A DNA stretch of 64,000 bases, from NCBI RefSeq assembly GCF_009914755.1, contig NC_060929.1; one strand, written 5' to 3'. The position numbers were made by a program, and so were the translations under genes. How positions within the stretch are numbered: the stretch's first letter is position 1; each line of letters begins with the position of its first letter. Positions 54,939 through 64,000 of the stretch are shown here, piece by piece. The notes under the pieces were generated by a model. It worked only from the letters and a program-made list of their open reading frames with translations. It did no database searches and was not told where the DNA came from. Origin of the DNA: the human T2T-CHM13v2.0 reference genome, Homo sapiens.

Positions 54939-55295
54939 AGAAGTGGTTTAAAATTTACAACCACAACTTCTCGGAATTTGCCCATTGAGTACAGAAAACT
55001 AGCTATGCTGACAGAAAAGGAAATTGGCAGCTGTGATTTTCTCACTATAAGAAAGTTGTAGGATTCCAGACTAAACTCCATTTCCAAGGCCAATCAGATG
55101 TTTACATGTGTGGATGTTTACATGTGGAGCTGCAGACATTGTTTTCCTTCTTCAGTCAGGAATAGGAATTTTAGGAACTAGGTTTGAGCAGATTAGGTAA
55201 GGGATGGACATCCAGCTGGGTGATGTTAAAAATAAAGAGGGAGAAAACAGAAATTAGCGCTCCAAAGCTAAGATTTTCAGTTAAAAAATAATATA

Positions 55296-55495
55296 GCCTG
55301 TAATCCCAGCTACTCAGTAAGCTGAGGCAGAAGAATCACTTGAACCCAGCAGGCGGAGGTTGCAGTGAGCCGAGATGGTGCCACTGCACTCCAGCCTGGG
55401 CAACAGAGTAAGACTCCGTCTCAAAAATAAATAAATAAATAAATAAACAAACAAACAAACAAACAATAATAAAAATAAATAATAATAATATAAAA
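55296..55495 (+). mobile_element. AluS right monomer with (TAAA)n(CAAA)n tail
   Basis: GCCTGTAATCCCAGCTACTC..GACTCCGTCTCAAAA. Confidence 0.88.
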
Positions 55496-55499
55496 ATAT

Positions 55500-55720
55500 A
55501 TTGAGCACTCATTATGTCTCATCTCCTGGGCTAAATATTTTGTAACTATTTTTTACTTTAATTTTCATAAGCATGCTGTAGGGTAGATAATATTATTATT
55601 TTTATTTAACATACAAGAATATAGAAGCACAAAGAGAATAAATATCATGCTTAATATCACGACTTGTAAATGAGGAATATGTCAGATTATAGTCTATGTC
55701 TCTGTAACAACTAGTCCTAC
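55500..55720 (-). mobile_element. MIR
   Basis: TTGAGCACTCATTATG..GTAGATAATATTATTAT..GAAGCACAAAGAG. Confidence 0.55.
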
Positions 55721-55862
55721 TAATCCTTCAAACAGCTACAATTTCAAAGCTGTATTTTAGGAAGAAACTTCTCTCACTGATGGTTATCTTTAGTTGACTT
55801 CAGGAGGATAGGGTGGTAAGATAATTTTTTAGCTCTTTTCAACAGTACACCAGAAAGTAAGC

Positions 55863-55963
55863 TTTATTTATTTATTTATTTTTTTCTCTCACTCTGTCGC
55901 CCAGACTGGAGTGCAGTGGCGTGACTCAGCTCACTGCAACAGTCGTGAGCCACTGTGCCCCGC
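55863..55963 (-). mobile_element. Mini-Alu with about 200 bp internal deletion
   Basis: The Alu 3' end (CTCTGTCGCCCAG..GCTCACTGCAAC) is fused directly to the Alu 5' end (AGTCGTGAGCCACTGTGCCCCGC). Confidence 0.85.
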
Positions 55964-56998
55964 TTATCTTGCCCTATTTATTGTTGATTGTTAAAGGCCT
56001 CTAAATGAGTTTCTAGAAGAAAAAATTATGAAACTCTTGAAACTCATGGAGTATAGTAACACAAATAGTTTAAAGATGGTTGATTTAAGAGACATTCTGA
56101 AAAGCAGAATGGTGTAGTAGAAAGACCTTAGGCTTTAGAATTAGACAGAGTTTTTAATACAAACTTCGCTGTTTTCTACTAGCTTGAATCCAAGCATGTC
56201 AACTCTTGTAAACCATAGTACACGTTTGTGTGTGTCTGTGTGTGTGTGTTTATAATGATATATATGATATATATATTTTTACTTCATAATGAAGTAAATA
56301 TATATAACATATATAGATATAGCTATATGTCATATGTATATATCATATGAAGTAAAAAAATTAGTCTGTAACAGAGCCTCATAAAAAATATAGAAGTTTG
56401 TATTTTAAATCTGACATTCACGTTTAGCTGTCTTTGGTATGCAACCAATCTATTTGTAATTTATTTTAGTATAAAGCTCAGAATTGAAGTCAAATTATTT
56501 TTAAGATTTCAATCTCAAAGGGATATGAAATCAGAGGCATTCAGGCTTATTTAATTAAAAGACAATTTCAGCTCTATGATTAAAGAAAAGTGTTTCTCAC
56601 ATTAAACAATTTACTATATGTACATCAGCATCATGGATTAATGTATTTCCAAAGTATTTACTCAATCTACAAGCATATTTTTCTTTGTAAGTACTTTTAA
56701 ATTGCTAGATTCAACTTTTTATAATTTCAAAAATCCCAAATGAGAAACAAGTACGATATAATATCATTCATCTCTGTTCAAAGGAAGGGATTTTGTCAGA
56801 TTTAGGATATAATTATTCATTAGGAATGTATATAAACCAGGACCAAAACTTGCTTACTTGCTGAGCCCTCCTCATGCAGAAATCTGAAAACTCTTCTACT
56901 CTAAACTCTTGTTTATGTTTCCAAAAGATATTACTTTAACACATACTATGTATGCATCACGTACAGCACTCACTCTGCTAAGCTCTGTGTGTGTTAGC

Positions 56999-56999
<1 letters not shown>

Positions 57000-57034
<35 letters not shown>
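57000..57034. repeat. (TG)n microsatellite
   Basis: About 17 TG units. Confidence 0.95.
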
Positions 57035-57036
<2 letters not shown>

Positions 57037-57179
57037 AAATACACAAGTCGTGGTTTACTTGAGAAATAGAAAAATTAATCTACTATTTTAATATAAAGTG
57101 AAGAATTTTGTAATATAGTTTTTCACCTAAATATAGGAGGAAATGTCTGCAAAAACCTTATCAAGTAGGTGTTATATGA

Positions 57180-57800
57180 GTTGAGTCTTACCGGCCGTGG
57201 ACGAGTTATTGTGTTACACTTGTCCCTTTATTACATCAGTTATACTGGGGAATGGAGCAAAATAAAATCAGGGAGAGAGACTGGAATGAGACCACGAATG
57301 GCATTGTATATTATGCAGGTATTTTAAACAGTATTTTCTAGAAAATGGAGGCCATTAAAGGATTTTTAGGCAAGAAAGTAACAGGACAATATTTTCAGCA
57401 ATGTGGAAGATGGTTGCTGGGAAGGCTAAACAAGAGATGCTAATAGGGAGAACATTACATTACTACAAGCAAGAGATGATAAGGATGTGAATTAAAATAA
57501 TGGCATTAAACATCCAGAAATTCAGGCACAAATATAAGATAAATATTATAGAAGCCGGTGACTAATTGGTTGTGGGGAACAAAGAGAAGGGACAAACAGT
57601 TCCAGAAGCAAGTGTCTGAGTAAAAGAGGTTGTTAACTAAGAAAATGAAGGATGACTTCTGTGTTGAGGTGTGTTATGAATGTGTAGTCACCATGAGCTT
57701 GATTTGACTCTTGATAATTCACATGGAGATTCAAAGTTGTGTCAATAAACACTAGCTTTAGATATATAGGTGTTGATTTCAATAGTTTAGATGTTGGTTT
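57180..57800 (-). mobile_element. L2 fragment
   Basis: AATGGAGGCCATTAAAGGATTTTTAGGCAAG, CAAGCAAGAGATGAT, GGTGACTAATTGGTTGTGGGG. Confidence 0.6.
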
Positions 57801-57855
57801 TTCATATGTATTTTGAGGGTTGTCTCCATGAATAATTAAAGCCTAATTATTCAGG

Positions 57856-57913
57856 CTGATATTGACTGATATTGACTGATATTGACTGATAAATATCCAG
57901 AACTGATATTGAC
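57856..57913. repeat. 10-bp tandem repeat CTGATATTGA
   Basis: About 3.5 adjacent copies plus one displaced copy. Confidence 0.85.
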
Positions 57914-58175
57914 TAAGAAGAGCATAAAAGCAGAGGATGGAAAGCAGAGAAACATTGTAGGAGCAAATAAAGGGAAACACAGAAAACATGGTTTCAGCAC
58001 AGTCTGGTCCAAAGATGATAGACTTTTTGTTAGTTTGGGACCTCCTCTGCAGTTAGTCATAGCCTCCTGGAACTTCCAGAATACAATTGAGGTAGAATTA
58101 CTTTTGAGGTTTATATGGATAGTCTTTATTTACCACTTGGATCAGCAGTATAAGGAAGCTGACTGTTAAGATTTA

Positions 58176-58552
<377 letters not shown>

Positions 58553-59539
58553 TTACTTTCTTCCAGAAGTCTCAAAGCACCCTGATCTTACCCAGGACCT
58601 TCCTTGCATTATAAAAATATAAACCAGACAGTACATTCCTTCTACATGTGTAGAATGTTTACTAATGTAATGTGTATGGGGACATGGTTAGCTTTGGAAA
58701 ACAAGAGCTAGACACACATACATGTAACAGTATTGCTGTTATGATCATTGCACTTAATTCATAGTATTACCTGCTATCTGGGCCCTGTGCTAATTTATGA
58801 ACATCTACTATTAGTGATCTCTCATTTGTTTTCATTAACCACCTACATGAAACTATATAATCTTGATTTATCTTCACACCACCCTTTGTTTACTATTTTT
58901 TCTAGTAAAGATAATATTGTAATTACATAAATTAACCTTTAACACTACGGACTCGGGCAGAACCTAAATCAGTTTCTGCATCTTCAAATTACTAGTAATC
59001 CACAATATGGCAATTCATAAAAATTTTTGAAGCTTTACATATTTATGTTGAAATAATGGACATAATATCTCTTTTTTAGGATATTAAAAGAAAATACTGG
59101 AACATTGTAGGTGCTCAATAAATGATAGCTTTGACAATAGTAAATGTCATTCTCTGGGATCTGGAAACAGAATATAGACTGACTGAATATCAGAGAAGAC
59201 CAAGAATCCCCCTAGAATTGTTAGGACTGTCACTAGCAAGTACTAATTTCAAAGAAGTCTGGAAATTTACATCATTCTTAGAAAAGACTGCACTGGCAAG
59301 GAGATCATACGTAGTCTTTAAGGATTTTGTTATTGTTGTTTTTTAAGTCTTTTTTCTTGTGCAGATCCTTGTTCCCAAATAATTGCTTGGCTTTAAATTA
59401 TCTAATTGTTTTCTTAATCAACTATTCATATATATTCTGCCAACTGTTCCCAGTATAGCTCATTTATTTATCCTCTTTCCACCATGTAAGCAGTCACAAA
59501 GATTGGAAAAAAGACTTCTTAAGATAACAGTGTAACTTA

Positions 59540-59675
59540 CTAGTTATTTAACTAATGTCTGTCTTCCACTCTATGCTTTAAGCCCCGCAAGGGTAGAACA
59601 AGTGTCTGTTACACTTAGTCTGTATCCTCACATCCAGAAAAGTGCACTTAGCATGAAGAAGATGGTTGGTTGGTA
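59540..59675 (+). mobile_element. L2 3' end
   Basis: TGTCTGTCTTCCACTC..TAAGCCCCGCAAGGGTAG..CTGTATCCTCA. Confidence 0.55.
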
Positions 59676-60094
59676 GGGAATACAGCAACTATAGAATTAA
59701 ATCAAAACATTTTCTGTCTGTGCAGATATTTTGGTCATGTCTTCAACTGCAAATGTAGGAATCGTCCCCCAGTTTTCTTCAATTTACCACTAGTCATCAT
59801 GCTCACTTGACATTGCATCTACAAATAGGCAAAGGGCAAATGTGTGCATATATGAGGTTGTATGTTGTATAAATCCACTTTTAGATGCAGTTGCCAGTAA
59901 ATACGTATTTTTAAACACAAAATGTTTCAAATTTCCCACGTTAAATACTCTAGTGCTAAAATAAGTCAGTTCTAATTTGAAGGGCAAAAGTCCATTCTGT
60001 GCCTTACAGACAAAGTAAAAAACACATTTGGCCATTGACAGACCAACTCACTTTTTAATAACACTTCACATCAGAAGACATTAGAGTAATGTAT

Positions 60095-60500
60095 TTAAGA
60101 TGCATAAGGAAAGTCAATGTGAACCAAAGATTTTATATCCATTCAGATTGAAATAAAGGTCACAGACAATGTGTTATGAACATGGAAAAACTCAGGTTCT
60201 ATGACCATTTTTCTACTAGAACACAAGCTTCAGGCAATCAAGAAATCCAAGTACAAGCTTGAATAATACATCTAATGGCAAGAATTGAACAAATATGGTC
60301 ATAGAAAAAAGACTAAATCCTGTGTATAAAAGTTATATACTATATAAATAATATTTTTTTTGTACAAAAATAGATATAAAAGCACACAATGGTGAAGGGA
60401 TAAGGGATGAGAATATGCAAAATAAATAAGCATGCTGACTGCCTCATTGTATTAACCAGAAGTTAAAGACTAATATTTTCAATACAAAGTATGGAGATAC
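60095..60500 (+). mobile_element. Old L1ME ORF1-like fragment
   Basis: TGTGAACCAAAGATTTTATATCCA..ATGAACATGGAAAAACTCAGG. Confidence 0.45.
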
Positions 60501-60679
60501 ATGGGAAAGAAGAATGTATTAGGCAATTTATTATAGTTCATAGTAGAATATTCATATATATCCTATAAAGTACAACTTAAATATATACAATAAAAATAAA
60601 CAAAACTTCACTACATTAAAAAAATAAATTTTCCTAAGTAATTAAAATAAAAGAGATGATAAAGAGAAGTTTCTTGCAT

Positions 60680-61047
<368 letters not shown>

Positions 61048-62667
61048 TATTGAAATATTCTTGATGAAAAGTGAGCTGAATAGATTAAGTAATGGTCAAG
61101 AGACTAGGGAGAAGGACTTGTTAAAAATACTTTACTCTCTGAGACTTAATATTGGTACATCAGTTGTCTCTGGCCTCTTGTGTTGGGCAGTTCTTAAAGC
61201 TAGGGAGACCTCTATGTTGGAGTTTTGGTTTGATAATCAGACAACAACTGCTATTTGAACTTTATTTTGATCTCAGCCTTCAGAAGCCTAAAAAGTTGAA
61301 CACATAATTTAGTGTCATTTCTGGCATTCCTCGAATTGTGCATGACCAAATAATTTGTGGTCTGGTAAGCTTCCATTGTCATATCTAGTCAGTATAAAAA
61401 TATGAAAAATACAGCTTTAGTCTTACCATTTGCACTTATGTTATTACAGGAATCTTCACAACAAATAGATTTAAACATTCCAGATATAACGGGGAAGTAA
61501 AAATCTAAATACTAAAGATGTTAACATTACAAAAGTTGAGATAAAAATATATATTACCTTTACAAAAATAAAATGTATAATAATGAATGGCTTCTTCAAA
61601 GCGCGTTTCTGTATAAAAGCAATTATTTAAAATGTTCACACAATCAAATAAATAGAAAAAGATACCAGAGACAGTAAGGCTATCAAAAGAGATTGCATTA
61701 ACTAAATAGCATTAGGAAAAATTTTAATCATATCTCCTATAAGCCAACAAGAGATTGTAAAATTAATATAAATCAAAATAATGGAGATGAAATTATATGT
61801 TAATCCTAATATGTGTTTTGTCTACTAACATAATAGCCAATATTATAGCTATTAAAAATTAATCTTTGTAAAGTACATTTTACATTAATTTATTTAAATC
61901 CATTTCATTTCCTAAGGAACCCACAGTTTTTTACTTGAAAATTTTCTCAAGTGATAGTGTAAACGAACAAGTGAAGGCAAAAAAAAAATACACACACACA
62001 TACTCGCATAAAAACAACCACAGGCACCCACACACACAAAGACAAAAATCTGTACCTGAATATAGTGTGAAAGCATCTTTTCAAATAATGTGCAGAAGCT
62101 TTAGTTCTTAGGTTGACTTCAATAAAGTTATATAATATCTTTCAAATAAAACTTAACCAGGAGGTAAGTTTGCACCTTATGTAATGATATTTGAAAAGAG
62201 TAAGAATTACAGCTTAATGATTTGGTGGTAACATCACCATTGCCAATTCCCTCTACTGAAAGAAATAGTTTTAAAAAAGAAGGCTTGCTCTTCTTCCCCC
62301 ACTGACATCAACTGAAAGTAAGAGACCCTTGTAGCAATGCAAATGTTTCCTATAACTACAGTAGCAATTTAACATTTTTATTATATTTTGGAACTACCAA
62401 GAAATTATTGTTTCATCCTTAAAATGAAGTCTAATTAGATTTGAACGGACAAATGTAAAAATACCTTTAAGTGTTACATAAAAAGTGTTACATAAAAGAG
62501 GCTTTGTTGTTCATACATTTGTCTAGATTTTTAACATGAATCATAAATATATTAAGGACATTTTTCTAAAAATCATCCCTGCTACACTGTGCCAAAGTAA
62601 CAATACAAGCAAGAATGATCACGCTATGAGTGAAATTGTTTAAAACAGTCCTACATGGTTGCTAAAT

Positions 62668-63288
<621 letters not shown>

Positions 63289-63347
63289 TGCAAAATTTTA
63301 AAAGGAATGAATACAAGGAATTTTTATATATTTTATAATCAGTATCA

Positions 63348-64000
<653 letters not shown>

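Noticed and set aside
62112-62169. Possible 52-nt exon (TTCTTAG|G..GAG|GTAAGT); similar donor CAG|GTAAGT near 31572
   Set aside because: Isolated splice-like motifs are expected by chance in 64 kb, and there is no ORF or partner exon. A lncRNA exon cannot be excluded without RNA data.

Overview
AT-rich primate (human or great-ape-like) genomic DNA that looks intergenic or deep intronic. I find no supportable protein-coding gene, RNA gene, CpG island or CRISPR array. The ORFs in the track are Alu read-throughs, decayed L1/LTR fragments, microsatellite translations or chance ORFs. The window is a layered record of transposons: about 17 Alu pieces (J, S and Y), four L1P 3' ends (three with twin-priming 5' inversions), old L1M/L2/MIR, solo LTRs (MER57, LTR28-like, MER66-like, MER4, THE1, MLT1/MLT2, LTR33, MER76-like), decayed ERVL internal sequence, and DNA transposons (Tigger3b, MER58, MER53). 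The most notable structures are three. (1) A perfect 20-bp direct repeat brackets an L1PA13-like 3' end plus about 2.2 kb of downstream DNA, which is a candidate ancient L1 3' transduction. (2) A 59-nt near-perfect hairpin lies in apparently unique DNA at 7470-7528. (3) A palindromic 25-bp minisatellite sits inside Tigger3b. Repeat subfamily names come from recalled consensus sequences, not a database run, and old-element boundaries are approximate. I see no convincing new multi-component biological system.
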